IMG/VR virus record: IMGVR_UViG_3300028802_000007
Span: 1 to 64,000 of that record
From: a virus
Length of the DNA: 64,000 bases
Reading direction: 5' to 3' (one strand)
Shown here: positions 43,957-54,034 of the stretch, piece by piece
How positions within the stretch are numbered: position 1 is the first letter of the stretch
Layout: every line of letters begins with the position of its first letter
Made by a program: the position numbers and the translations under genes
The notes under the pieces: generated by a model
What the model saw: only the letters and a program-made list of their open reading frames with translations
Database searches by the model: none
What the model was told of the DNA's origin: nothing

Positions 43957-44967
43957 CTACGCGACTTCCTTGGCTCCCGCCTCCATCGCATTGACGGTCG
44001 ATGCCGCCCACGTTGCGCCAGAGGGGTCCAGACGGTCGTAGATCTGCCTGTAGTCGAGATACGAGGCAGTGAGACCAGCGGTCGTGGTGCCGTCGTAGTC
44101 GGTGCTGCTGATGCGGATGACGGGCGCGATCGTCCGGGTCCCGGCGTCGTCCTTGCGGGAGATGAGGTTGGTCTGGACCGCGTAGACGGAGGTCGCCGTG
44201 CCGACGAGGTCGGCCAAGGTGGAGGTCTCCCGGTCGCCCGGGGTGGACGAACTGACGAACGTCGTATCGCCGTCGTGGAGGAGCGGATCGTCCCAGTCGG
44301 TGTAGACGCCGGTCCATGCCGTGTTCGCGCCGTTGCCGTTGGGCATCAGGGTCTCGATGCGGCAGTCACCCATCCAGTCGTTCGTCGGAGACGAGCCGGT
44401 GGTGTCGTTGCAGTAGATGTCATCGACGTACATCTGCTGGCTGTTCCCGGTCTCGAAGCTGAGAGTGTCGATGTTGGTCGAGCCGGTGTTCACGCTCGAG
44501 GCACTCATCTCCGCCGACGAGGACCCGTTCAGGCGGAGCTCGACCGCACCTGTGGAGGCGTTGACCACGCACTTGATGACGGCGTGGTACCAGGTGTTCA
44601 CGACGATGTTGGTGGTGCCCGTCGCGAGCGTCGTCCCGGCGGAGTTGATGAGTCGCAGGAACCGATCCGCACCGCTCACGATGAGGGTCATCCGCAGGAC
44701 GTTGGTGCCAGCGCCGCGCATGTAGAAGTGGGTGTCGGCGGAGGTGACCGCCGTCAGGTAGAAGGCGAAGCCACAGAACAACGTGCTGTACGTCGGCCCA
44801 CCGAGGCTGACATCGCTACGAGCGTTCACGAACCGTCCACTCTGGCCGGAGTTGAAGCGGGTGAACGTCGCGCCAGTCCCGACGGCATTCAGCGCAGCAG
44901 CCCAGCCCTTGATGGTGACTTGGGCGGCGGACAGATGGTCGAACCCTTCCATGAACACGACTGCCAT
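43957..44967 (-). CDS. minor tail protein (lectin/LamG-like beta sandwich)
   Basis: 336 aa directly after TMP; VNTWYH..VELRLNG..MYVDDIY. Confidence 0.65.
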   Translation of the reverse strand: MAVVFMEGFDHLSAAQVTIKGWAAALNAVGTGATFTRFNSGQSGRFVNARSDVSLGGPTYSTLFCGFAFYLTAVTSADTHFYMRGAGTNVLRMTLIVSGADRFLRLINSAGTTLATGTTNIVVNTWYHAVIKCVVNASTGAVELRLNGSSSAEMSASSVNTGSTNIDTLSFETGNSQQMYVDDIYCNDTTGSSPTNDWMGDCRIETLMPNGNGANTAWTGVYTDWDDPLLHDGDTTFVSSSTPGDRETSTLADLVGTATSVYAVQTNLISRKDDAGTRTIAPVIRISSTDYDGTTTAGLTASYLDYRQIYDRLDPSGATWAASTVNAMEAGAKEVA

Positions 44968-44974
44968 CGGACTC

Positions 44975-47900
44975 CTAGCCTCCTGTTGCTGACACGAGGC
45001 CGCGCATGCCCAGCCGTGCGGCCTTGCGGTTGAAGCTGTCCTCGACGGCGCGGACGATCCTGGCGACGGTCGCCTCGCCGGACACGTCGCCCTGGACCGT
45101 CAGGTAGAGGTTCACGCTGATAGGCCCGCCGCCGCCTCCGCCGAAGCCCCCGCCCATCATCATGGATCGTGGATTGCGGAGGATCGCGACGGTCTCAGGG
45201 CCAGCCTCGCCGACCTGAAGGACCGCTCCTCGAGCGTACGAGCCAAGGAAGCCAGCGGCGTGCGGCGTCGTGTTGCCCTGACCGGCCTGCATGTCGCCGA
45301 CGCTGGGCAGCGAGTACGCCTGATACCAGCCGCCGCCCCTGTTCTGCTTGAAGCCCAGCGATGTGTAGATGACCTTGACGGCGGTCTGGACAGCGCCACC
45401 GAACTGGGCGGCGAACTGACCAGCCTGACCAAGGGCACCCGTGAAGCCACCCTCAGCCTGCTGGAGGACGGCCTGGGCCTTGGACTGCGCCTGCGACAGC
45501 TTCATCTGCTGCGCGGCGATGGCCTTCTGGGCTGCCGCGATCGCGACCTGAGCCGCCTGCTCGCTCTTGATCAGCTTGACCGCAGCACCCGTGTCGGTGA
45601 CGCCACGGCTGGCACCGACGGTGAACATGCGCTCCTGGATGTTGAGCTGCTTCTGGGCGATCCGGGCTTCAGCCTCAGCCTGCGCCTGACGAGCGCCGCG
45701 CTCCTCCGACGTGAGGCCCGGGGCTTGGAAGCCAGCCATGGCCGTCTGGAAGTTGATCTGCTTCTGGGTGAGCATGAAGCCGAGCATCGTCTGCTGGCGC
45801 TCGAGGCCACCCATCTCGCCATTGCTGCCGCGACCACCCCCGCCTCGACCAGCGAGCGCCAGCGCGTCCGCGTACGAGCGGTTGGCGAGGCGCAGGTTGT
45901 TGGTGAACTGGGCCCACTGCTGGGCGGTCTGGGTGTTGACGATCTTCGTCTGCCAGCCGGCGATGGCCTTGCCAGCGTCCTGCATCTGGCCGGTGAAGTA
46001 GTCGAACGCCGCCTGCCCGGACTTGAACGTCTGACCACCGACGGTGGTCGGTGCAGCCATGCCGAGCGACGTTGAGGGCAGCGGAGCTCCGGTCACGCCG
46101 GGTCCGATGGGCGCGGTGTACTGGACACCCGGAGCGGTGGGAGCCATCGACACCTGCGTCGTCGGGACACCGATGCCGACGCTGTACGGGCCCTGCATCC
46201 CGGGCTGCTTGCCGATCCAGTCGGACAGGTTCTTCAGAGCCTCCTTGCCCTGGAGGGTCAGGTCGTTCTGGAGGGACTGGGCCTCGGTCAGGGTCTTGGC
46301 GATGTTGATGCCGCCGGGAGCGGAGCCAACGTCCTTGGCGGACACGCCCGGGGGCAGCACGCCAGCAGCGGCGTCCAGGAACGGATGACCAGCGAGCTCC
46401 ATGCCCATCTGGCCGGGGATGCCGATGCTGAGCTGCTGGGCGGTCTGGGCGGAGAGGACCTCGAGCTGCGCTCGCATGCCTCGAGCCTGCTGTGCGGCGA
46501 AGGCCTCCGGCGACTGGGTCATCGCGCCGCCAGCCACGTTCTGCCAGTACTTCGTGGCCTGCTGCATGCTGGTCACGACCTTGCCGTTCGCATCCAGCAG
46601 GACGGTCCCGCTCTTGTAGAGCTCGTCCACGCGATCGGCGTAGTCGGCGTACTTGCCACCGAGAGATCGCTGCGCGTCGGCAGCGTTCTTCATCTGGTCG
46701 AGCAAGTCCTTGTTCTTGGTGATGGTCAGGTGCGTCCCGTCAGCGGCCTCGCCCAGCGCGTCCGTGTACCGGCGAGCCTGCTGGTTGTAGTCCCTGACGG
46801 TGGCGGAGGCGAGCTGCCTGAACACCGGCCCTTGGGCGACCTCTTGCGGCGTCGGCGGGGTCCGGTAGCCGACGCGACCACCCGGGCCCATACCCGGCAG
46901 GTTGCCGACGTAGGCACCGATCTTCGACTCGGCGGACGACATCGGCGTGACCTTCTTGGCCTCGTTCGTGATGGTCATCAGGTCCTTGGTCATGATCTCG
47001 ACGGCACCCTTGCCGCCACCCAAGACCTCAGCCAGAAGGGCTCCGCCGCCGACCCCGCCGTAACCGCCGAAGAGGCCCTCAGGCGCTCCCTTGATGGAGC
47101 CGATGATGCCCTTGCGGACGTCCTCTCCCTGCTGGGCTGCGGCACCGCCGCCCTTGGCGAGGACACCGCCGGTCAGGTACTGCTGGGCGAAGGCACCACC
47201 AGCCGTGCCGATGCCACCCTGACCAAGAGCAGTCGCGAGAGCGGCCTCGACGTTGCCGCCCATCTGACGAGCCGACTCGCCGACGGTCTTGGTGACTTGC
47301 TGGGCGGAGGTGGAGAAGCCCGTGGCCCCGTCCATGAAGCTCTGGGTCGCCTTGATGGTGCCTTCGATGGCGGGCTGGATGACGGCGCTGGCCGCCTGCA
47401 TCGCCAGCCCGTAGCCGGACGTGGCCGCGATGATGACGCCCAAGTTCCTGACGATGCCAGCGTTCGTCGGCATGGTCTTGGCGGTGGCCTTGGTCAGGAC
47501 ATCGAGGCGTTCAGCCTCAGCCTTCTTGGCCTCGCGGATCGGGCCGACGACCTTGCGTAGGCCCTCGTAGTAGTCCTTCTGCTGGATGTTGCCCTTCTGG
47601 AGCTGATCAGCCAGCCCGATCTGCGCCGCCTTACCTGCACCGACCAAGGTGTTGGTCCGAGTGAACGCCTTGTTGTAGGCCGTCTGGGCCTCGACCCGCT
47701 CGCGCTCCGCCTGCGTCATCTGCTTGACGCCACCGAACAGGAACGAGGACACGGCGGCGATCGCGCCGCCAGGGGTGCGGGACGGCAAGACCTTGCCCGC
47801 CCCGGCCCGCATGATGGACAGCTCGTCACCCCTGTTCTCGCGGTCAGGAGTGTAGGCACCGCGACCAGCGCGGGACTTGCGGATGGTGGCGGCGACGACC

Positions 47901-50900
47901 CGGCGTCGCTCCTCCTGCTCCTCAGCCTCGATGGCCGGGAGCGCGGTGTACACGGCGGGGTTCTCGTACGCCTCGCGGGCGGCTTGCTCGCGCTCGAGAC
48001 GCCGGGCCTTGGCGGCGTCCTGCCGGTCCATCTCTTCCTTGTCCCGGCGGCGGGTGTCCCAGCCGGATGCAGCGCCGCGCAGGGCACCGACGTACGGCAC
48101 CGCCCACTTGGGGACGATGATGCCGTCCTGCTCTGGGCTGAAGAAGCTGTTGGCGGGCTTGTTGATCATCCCGGTCTTGGCACCGTCGCGGGCCCCGGGG
48201 ATGCGATCCATGACGAACTTGGGGATGAGGTGGGCGTCCCTGCCAGCGACGAAGCCCTCGCTGCCGTCGCCCTGCTCGTTGACGATGTACAGGCCGCGAC
48301 CGGTGGGCCCGCCTGCGGCGTGATGCTTGACGGTCTTCGCGAAGCGCCCCAAGGCCATCGAGCGCGTGACCGCCTCGAGGGTCTTCATGTCCTGCATGCC
48401 GGGGGCGGCGAGCATCGGGGCTCCGACGCGCTCCATCGGGCGGAAGCCCATCGGATCGGCGTTGTGTCCGAAGAACGGGCCCGGGTAGTCCCCGGACATC
48501 ATGTCCCACCAGTCCTGGGCACCGCTGATCTCACGGGCCTTGTCGAGGTAGGGGCCCACGAAGTCCTGTGCGAGGCGCGATCGTCCGGTGTAGTCGGTCC
48601 TGCCGCGACCTGAGTACAGGGCCTGATACCACTCAGGCATCGAGCGCATCGAGGCGGCCTTCTCGCCGCCGACGATGGGCTTCAGGACTCGCCCGCCTGC
48701 GGCGCGGTGCTGCCTAGCAGCTTGGCTCGCCTGCCACGCCATCATCGCCATGAACGGGTCGTTGGCCCAGCCGACGGCGGTCAGCGCCACCTCGTCGAGG
48801 AAGCCAGCGTGCGGCACCACCGATCCGCCGGCGGCCATGTACTTGGCAAGCTTCGGCGTCCGTCCGGCGGCGAGGTCGGTCTCGGCCTTCTCCTGGATCC
48901 ACAGCGCAGCCTGAAGCGAGACGGGCGGGATGCCCATGTCCTTGGCGACGGTGCGGAAGGCCTTCTCGACACCCGTTCGGACAGGACCGCGACCAGCTTG
49001 GCTGATGGCTCCCTGCGTGCCGGTGCGGAGGGCCCAGCGGTCGATCGTGATGGCGTCGAGGTCACCGCCCGTGTTGAGGAAGAACTGGCCGACCTTGGGC
49101 GTGTGACCCAGGATCGCCCACGGGTCAGCACCCTCGAGGATGGCCTTCGCCTTGCGGTGTGCGTCGAGGGTCGTCTGGTACGGGAACGGCTTGCCTGCCT
49201 GGTTCGCCTGAAGGATGCGGACGGCCTTGGTCTTGTTCGAGGACCACGCTGTCCCGGCGGACAGGGAGGCGGTGATGCCGCGCACCGTCGGCTCCGGCAG
49301 GCCGTACATGTCAGCCTGCTGCTGGATCCACTTCTGCGCTTCGGGATACCACTGGACGCCCATCTCGAGCGACTGGCGGCCATACGGGTTGCCCGGATCG
49401 AGCATGCGCTTGGCGGCGTCGCGGACGTTGCGGAGATACGACCGCTGGCGCTTGGTCATCCCAGCTTCGACCGAACCGCCGATGCCGCGATGGACGCAGC
49501 CAGCGTTGGCGTGGACGGCACCACCGACGCAGCGGTGCATGCCCAGCGACTGCCGGATCTCGTCGGCCTCAGAGTCGTTCTTCTCGATCATCTCCATCGC
49601 TTGGCGGATGAACGAGCCCATGCGCTTGCCGCCCATGGGGTCTTCCGGCCACTCGGTGCGGAAGTTGCCACCGGGCAACTGGTAGCCCATCGGGTCGTAG
49701 ACATCGACTGAGGCGTGGAGGGACTCGCGTGCGGCACCGACCAGCTTGGAGATCTGGGCGGTCGTCGGGAGCCGCGTCATCTCCGCCCCGACTGAGTGGA
49801 GCGGGCTACCCGGACCACTGGTATTGGTGCCCCAGACCCGGATGAAGCCCAGCGACTTCATACGCTCGACGGACTCAGCCTGATCCAAGCCAGGGAACAG
49901 GTCAGCCGACTCGCGGTGGTCGATGCTGCGCTGTCCGCGCAGGTAGTCCGGCTTCCCCTCGCGAGGGACGAAGCGGTCATCTCGGCGCGTGTAGCCCTGC
50001 GCCACATGGCGTCCACTGAAGTCGAGGAACTTGCCGGACGGGGTGATGAAGCCAGCCTCACGGACGTTCTCGGTGACGCCGTAATGCTTGATGGCGGCGG
50101 CCTCGAGGGCCTCAGGATCGCCGCCGTACAGGCTGGTGACTTCGCCGCCGTAGCCACGGTGGCGAGCACGCCACGACTCAGCCACGAACTGGTCGTAGCC
50201 CTGGGACATGGGCCCGTAGTTGGGGTCGCCGCGCAAGCCGGAGATGGTCGAGCCGATCTGACGCATGACCCGACCGGGGCTCTCCTCAGCAGCCCGCTCC
50301 TGCATATAGCGGGTGTGGTGCATCCACGGCTCGTTGTAGGTGGAGAACCGCCGACGGCTGATGTCGCGGCCCACGCCCATGTTGCTGCTGGGCCCGCCGA
50401 TGGTGTACGGACGGGTGGAGCGAGCCAGATTGCCGATCCGTCCTCGAGGGCCCTTGTTCCAGTCGAACCAGTGCTCCGGCAGGAAGGCCTCGACGGCGTA
50501 CTTCTCTCCGTAGTCACCACGGCTCCCCGTCTTGTCACCGGAGAACCAGTTCATGTCGGGCTCGCCGTAGGTGTGACCACGGGCGCTCGAGAGCCTCATG
50601 CCCTGCTGGCGGATCTGCGCGAGCACCTGAGAGGCGGTGGCGTCCGGCGTACCCCGAGTCGAGTGATAGCCACGGGCGTAGCCGGGCGGCACCGGCAGAG
50701 TCCCCAGCGGGGCTGGCATGTCGGTACCCGGCGGCAGCATCGGCGTCCGCGCACCCCGGAAGGCGTGCTGGATGTTCTTCTGCCGCTGCATGATCTGGTA
50801 CTCGAGAGCTGCGAGCTCAGCGGCGTGGCGGCGGTACTGGGCGACGTCCTTCTCGATGAAGCCAGAGGCTCCGGGGCGGAAGACCTCAGGGCGGCGCTCG

Positions 50901-51415
50901 CCGACGATGGTCGGGCGACCCTGCTGGACCGGGCCACCATGCTCGCGCTTGGGCATGATCTGCTCGATGGCCTGTCGGGCGAGGATCTGGCCCTTCTGGG
51001 GGCTCATGCCGCCCATCGACGAGAAGACGGTGCCGATGATGGCCTGCGGGCTGCCGGGGCCCGTCTTGGGGAACTGGGCGGAGACCTGGACCGGGATGGT
51101 GCCCAGACCCTCGGTGATCTTCGTCCGCATGGTGGCGATGGACTTGGAGTCCACGTCGATGGGGACGTGGATGGTCTGGAGGGTCTTGGCAGCCGTGGAC
51201 AGGGCAGCCTGAAGCTGGGCGGGTTCGATCGCGACCTTGATGGTCGTCGGGGTGGAACCCGCCCCAGCCTTCGCCGCTCCAGCGCCAGATGCGGCCTTGG
51301 CCGCCTGCTGCTGGAACGAGTTCAGCTTGCCCTGGGCCGTACCCAGTCCGGCGGAGAAGTTGCTCGCATCGAGCGACAACTTCACGCCGATATTGCTGAC
51401 TTCCTCGTTCGCCAT
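44975..51415 (-). CDS. tape measure protein with internal cargo domains
   Basis: 2146 aa Ala/Gly/Gln-rich after tail chaperone; N-terminal IGVKLSLDASNF, VGE(R/A)xPE motifs, C-terminal VNLYLTVQG. Confidence 0.88.
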   Translation of the reverse strand: MANEEVSNIGVKLSLDASNFSAGLGTAQGKLNSFQQQAAKAASGAGAAKAGAGSTPTTIKVAIEPAQLQAALSTAAKTLQTIHVPIDVDSKSIATMRTKITEGLGTIPVQVSAQFPKTGPGSPQAIIGTVFSSMGGMSPQKGQILARQAIEQIMPKREHGGPVQQGRPTIVGERRPEVFRPGASGFIEKDVAQYRRHAAELAALEYQIMQRQKNIQHAFRGARTPMLPPGTDMPAPLGTLPVPPGYARGYHSTRGTPDATASQVLAQIRQQGMRLSSARGHTYGEPDMNWFSGDKTGSRGDYGEKYAVEAFLPEHWFDWNKGPRGRIGNLARSTRPYTIGGPSSNMGVGRDISRRRFSTYNEPWMHHTRYMQERAAEESPGRVMRQIGSTISGLRGDPNYGPMSQGYDQFVAESWRARHRGYGGEVTSLYGGDPEALEAAAIKHYGVTENVREAGFITPSGKFLDFSGRHVAQGYTRRDDRFVPREGKPDYLRGQRSIDHRESADLFPGLDQAESVERMKSLGFIRVWGTNTSGPGSPLHSVGAEMTRLPTTAQISKLVGAARESLHASVDVYDPMGYQLPGGNFRTEWPEDPMGGKRMGSFIRQAMEMIEKNDSEADEIRQSLGMHRCVGGAVHANAGCVHRGIGGSVEAGMTKRQRSYLRNVRDAAKRMLDPGNPYGRQSLEMGVQWYPEAQKWIQQQADMYGLPEPTVRGITASLSAGTAWSSNKTKAVRILQANQAGKPFPYQTTLDAHRKAKAILEGADPWAILGHTPKVGQFFLNTGGDLDAITIDRWALRTGTQGAISQAGRGPVRTGVEKAFRTVAKDMGIPPVSLQAALWIQEKAETDLAAGRTPKLAKYMAAGGSVVPHAGFLDEVALTAVGWANDPFMAMMAWQASQAARQHRAAGGRVLKPIVGGEKAASMRSMPEWYQALYSGRGRTDYTGRSRLAQDFVGPYLDKAREISGAQDWWDMMSGDYPGPFFGHNADPMGFRPMERVGAPMLAAPGMQDMKTLEAVTRSMALGRFAKTVKHHAAGGPTGRGLYIVNEQGDGSEGFVAGRDAHLIPKFVMDRIPGARDGAKTGMINKPANSFFSPEQDGIIVPKWAVPYVGALRGAASGWDTRRRDKEEMDRQDAAKARRLEREQAAREAYENPAVYTALPAIEAEEQEERRRVVAATIRKSRAGRGAYTPDRENRGDELSIMRAGAGKVLPSRTPGGAIAAVSSFLFGGVKQMTQAERERVEAQTAYNKAFTRTNTLVGAGKAAQIGLADQLQKGNIQQKDYYEGLRKVVGPIREAKKAEAERLDVLTKATAKTMPTNAGIVRNLGVIIAATSGYGLAMQAASAVIQPAIEGTIKATQSFMDGATGFSTSAQQVTKTVGESARQMGGNVEAALATALGQGGIGTAGGAFAQQYLTGGVLAKGGGAAAQQGEDVRKGIIGSIKGAPEGLFGGYGGVGGGALLAEVLGGGKGAVEIMTKDLMTITNEAKKVTPMSSAESKIGAYVGNLPGMGPGGRVGYRTPPTPQEVAQGPVFRQLASATVRDYNQQARRYTDALGEAADGTHLTITKNKDLLDQMKNAADAQRSLGGKYADYADRVDELYKSGTVLLDANGKVVTSMQQATKYWQNVAGGAMTQSPEAFAAQQARGMRAQLEVLSAQTAQQLSIGIPGQMGMELAGHPFLDAAAGVLPPGVSAKDVGSAPGGINIAKTLTEAQSLQNDLTLQGKEALKNLSDWIGKQPGMQGPYSVGIGVPTTQVSMAPTAPGVQYTAPIGPGVTGAPLPSTSLGMAAPTTVGGQTFKSGQAAFDYFTGQMQDAGKAIAGWQTKIVNTQTAQQWAQFTNNLRLANRSYADALALAGRGGGGRGSNGEMGGLERQQTMLGFMLTQKQINFQTAMAGFQAPGLTSEERGARQAQAEAEARIAQKQLNIQERMFTVGASRGVTDTGAAVKLIKSEQAAQVAIAAAQKAIAAQQMKLSQAQSKAQAVLQQAEGGFTGALGQAGQFAAQFGGAVQTAVKVIYTSLGFKQNRGGGWYQAYSLPSVGDMQAGQGNTTPHAAGFLGSYARGAVLQVGEAGPETVAILRNPRSMMMGGGFGGGGGGPISVNLYLTVQGDVSGEATVARIVRAVEDSFNRKAARLGMRGLVSATGG

Positions 51416-51433
51416 CCGAGCACCTCGTGGGTG

Positions 51434-51655
51434 CTACACCGCCTCCCCCTTGAGAGACTTAGCGTTGAGATCGAAGCTTTCGAGACCGTCGAACCCGTCT
51501 TCGTCTTCGACGGGAGCGGGCGTGTTGGCTTCGATCCAGTCCTCGCGCAAGGCCAGGTAGTAGTGAAAAGGGAGCGCCGCCACCTCGTGGGGCCACCTCC
51601 CGTACCGCACCGCGATACGAAAGATGATCTGACGGGTGGTCAGGCGGCGTTTCCC
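51434..51655 (-). CDS. tail assembly chaperone -1 frameshift extension (gpT-like)
   Basis: In-phase slippery G GGA AAC at 51655-51649; the -1 frame is open for 73 codons (IAVRYGRWPHEVAALP) to TAG 51434. Confidence 0.8.
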   Translation of the reverse strand, partial: GKRRLTTRQIIFRIAVRYGRWPHEVAALPFHYYLALREDWIEANTPAPVEDEDGFDGLESFDLNAKSLKGEAV

Positions 51656-52017
51656 GGGGCCGTTCCTTCCTCAGCGTCGTCGCTGACAGCAGGGGTCTCG
51701 TCTTCCGGCTCGTCGCCGTAGTGCATCCGGTTGACGGTGGCGTTGAACTTCATCACCACGCGCATGGGCAGCGCGGCGAGCGCCTCAGCGGACAGCTTCG
51801 GGTCCGTCGAGCACTTCATCACCATGAGCTTGAGCAGGACGGTGTTGTCGATGAACTCGTCCTCGCCACCGCCCGGAGCGATGCGCTTCGTGGTGGCCTT
51901 GCGGACGAGGTCGTCGTAATCGCCGATGGACAGCTCGCGGAAGTGGTACAGAACGCCACGGGCGTTGACCTCTTCCTCGAGGAAGTCGGGAGAGAGCGGC
52001 TGGACCTTAGACGTCAT
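51640..52017 (-). CDS. tail assembly chaperone (gpG-like)
   Basis: 125 aa before TMP; FRELSIGDY; slippery site at 3' end. Confidence 0.8.
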   Translation of the reverse strand: MTSKVQPLSPDFLEEEVNARGVLYHFRELSIGDYDDLVRKATTKRIAPGGGEDEFIDNTVLLKLMVMKCSTDPKLSAEALAALPMRVVMKFNATVNRMHYGDEPEDETPAVSDDAEEGTAPGNAA

Positions 52018-52336
52018 CGAGCGTTACCCCTTCTACCAATAGGCTCGACCCCTGACGCACCATCGCGTAACCCGGGGCCTGGGTGAGCCTGTATTGCTTG
52101 TGCGGCGTGATCGAGACCACGATCCGCTTGACGTACTCCGGGTCGTCCCAAAGGGCGTCGGAGACGAACGAAAACGCGGCGCGGAGATCGTAGAGATCGG
52201 CATCCCGACCCTCGTCACCACGCCGCGTGAGCGTCCAGTTCGCGAACTCCCCGACCTTGGCTCCAAGGAACGGAACGTCCACGATCCCGGCGGGACGATA
52301 CGTCCCCGACCGGAGCAGCTTGAACAGATATGCCAT
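52007..52336 (-). CDS. hypothetical tail-region protein
   Basis: ATG 52336 with GAGGGA SD. Confidence 0.6.
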   Translation of the reverse strand: MAYLFKLLRSGTYRPAGIVDVPFLGAKVGEFANWTLTRRGDEGRDADLYDLRAAFSFVSDALWDDPEYVKRIVVSITPHKQYRLTQAPGYAMVRQGSSLLVEGVTLDDV

Positions 52337-52422
52337 GCGATCCCTCAGAACACTCAGGCAGGCGAGGCCAGCAGCCCGGGAGAGGCCAGAGTAGGCCTCA
52401 CCTGCCCAAGATGGTACGGGGA

Positions 52423-52854
52423 CTAGTTCCCGGTCGTGAAGACCGTCCACGCGCCAGCCGCCCGGAAGTTACCGGTCGTCTTGATCGCGTCCGTGTTGCT
52501 CGCGGTGATCGCGGCGTCCACCAGACCGGGGCCAGAGGCCACGAGGAGGACGGTGCCACCGTTGGTGCCGTCGTCGGCGTAGAGGTAGATGTTGATGCTG
52601 TCGGAGTTGGCGGCGTTGACTTGGTAGTCACCCGACGTGTCCAACAGACCGGCGAAGGTGCCCTGGATGTCCTTCAGACCGACGAGGTACGTCTTGTTGG
52701 TGTCACCGAAGACGGTGGCATCGACGTAGTCGCGGTTGAGGTTCAACGTCCACTCGGTCTTGGTCGTCACCTTGACGCCGACACCGATGCCTCCGTTGAA
52801 GTAGATGGCACCGTTCTTACCGTGGAGCTTGTGGCCCAAGCCGGGTCCAGCCAT
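52423..52854 (-). CDS. major tail tube protein
   Basis: LHGKNGAIY..EWTLNLNRDYVDATVFGD..YLVGLKD. Confidence 0.8.
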   Translation of the reverse strand: MAGPGLGHKLHGKNGAIYFNGGIGVGVKVTTKTEWTLNLNRDYVDATVFGDTNKTYLVGLKDIQGTFAGLLDTSGDYQVNAANSDSINIYLYADDGTNGGTVLLVASGPGLVDAAITASNTDAIKTTGNFRAAGAWTVFTTGN

Positions 52855-52881
52855 GTGGCAGCTCCTTCAGGAGAGAAACGA

Positions 52882-53301
52882 TTACAGGGGCTGGTCGGTC
52901 CAGATGGAGTACGACCCGCCGACCTGATAGATGCGCTTGCCCTGACTGTCCACGTCTGGCCCCGTTGGCAGATCGCTGACGCGACGGCAAAGCATGCTGG
53001 TCTGCCCGTCAACCGTGAGCACAGCCTCGTCGAGTGCTCCGCTGATGAGCGCGTCGATGTTGTTGGCATCGACGGGGTTCACCGCGAAGGTCGAGATGTC
53101 GAACAGCGTGTGGTACTGGAAGCCGTCCCACTGGTAATCCCTTGGGGCAGCGGCCATGAGGTACACGATGAACGGGTACTTGACCTTGCGGGGAGCGATG
53201 CCCTCGTGGATACCGCCTGCGATGGCGGCCATGAGGGGAACAGACGCCCGAAGGTGCTGCACCACCGCTCTCTTGATAGGGGCGGCTGTCGATGTTGCCA
53301 T
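52882..53301 (-). CDS. tail terminator/completion protein (DUF3168-like)
   Basis: ATG 53301; HLRAS..LMA..GGIHEGIAP..YPFIVY. Confidence 0.75.
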   Translation of the reverse strand: MATSTAAPIKRAVVQHLRASVPLMAAIAGGIHEGIAPRKVKYPFIVYLMAAAPRDYQWDGFQYHTLFDISTFAVNPVDANNIDALISGALDEAVLTVDGQTSMLCRRVSDLPTGPDVDSQGKRIYQVGGSYSIWTDQPL

Positions 53302-53311
53302 CAGGCCCCCT

Positions 53312-54034
53312 TCATATCCGCACCACGATCTCGATCTCCGTCGAGGAGCCTCCGGTGCGGGCGGCTTCTCGGACGGCGTCAGCGATGAGCCTGACGACCT
53401 CGTTACGGCTCTCCTCGGCTGCCGGACGAAGGAAGGGTCGGGCTGCGTTGTGACGCGTCCCGAACTCCTGGAACTTCGCGTACGGTGCCGTGGCGATGAC
53501 CCATGCCTCCGCTGTCGTCTTCGACGCTGTCGCTGGCTTGGCGGAGATGCTGCCCCTGAGACGCCCGCCGATACCGGCGTGCCCCCAGGTCGTGAACTGG
53601 GCCCGCATGGTGCGGACCTCGTAGGCTCCCCGGCGATCGAGGACCGTCTTGTGGCCGACGATGCCAGCGGATCGCTGGCGAGCCTCCTGTGCGTCGTACA
53701 ACTCGAGGAGGGCCTGCGCTGCCGACAGCCGGCGCTCCTTCCAGTGGACCGGTGGCTTCCTGCCGATGGACCGCTTGAGCCACACACCCGGGACATCCCC
53801 GGGCTGGACGACGGTCTGTCGGGGAGAGGCGGTGCGGAGGGCGCGGTCCCTGACCGAACGCTCGCCCTCGATCTCGTCGATGCTCTTGTGGCGGATGTGG
53901 TAGCCGCCACCAGCGAAGATGTGGCGGACCGGGGCCTTCGCCCGGGCCAGCGTCGCGACGCGCCTAGCTCCAAGGTCGAGGCCGTGGACAGCCGCTTGGA
54001 AGATGGCGTCCTGGAGCTCCTCGAGGTTGATCAC
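53312..54034 (-). CDS. HK97 gp10-like neck protein with insertion
   Basis: ARAKAPV...GRLRGSI...APYAKFQEFGTRHNAARPFLRPA. Confidence 0.85.
   Translation of the reverse strand: MINLEELQDAIFQAAVHGLDLGARRVATLARAKAPVRHIFAGGGYHIRHKSIDEIEGERSVRDRALRTASPRQTVVQPGDVPGVWLKRSIGRKPPVHWKERRLSAAQALLELYDAQEARQRSAGIVGHKTVLDRRGAYEVRTMRAQFTTWGHAGIGGRLRGSISAKPATASKTTAEAWVIATAPYAKFQEFGTRHNAARPFLRPAAEESRNEVVRLIADAVREAARTGGSSTEIEIVVRI

Noticed and set aside
40174-51721. Long plus-strand ORFs (e.g. 40174..43167, 49796..51721)
   Set aside because: Antisense shadows of GC-rich tail genes with no recognisable motifs
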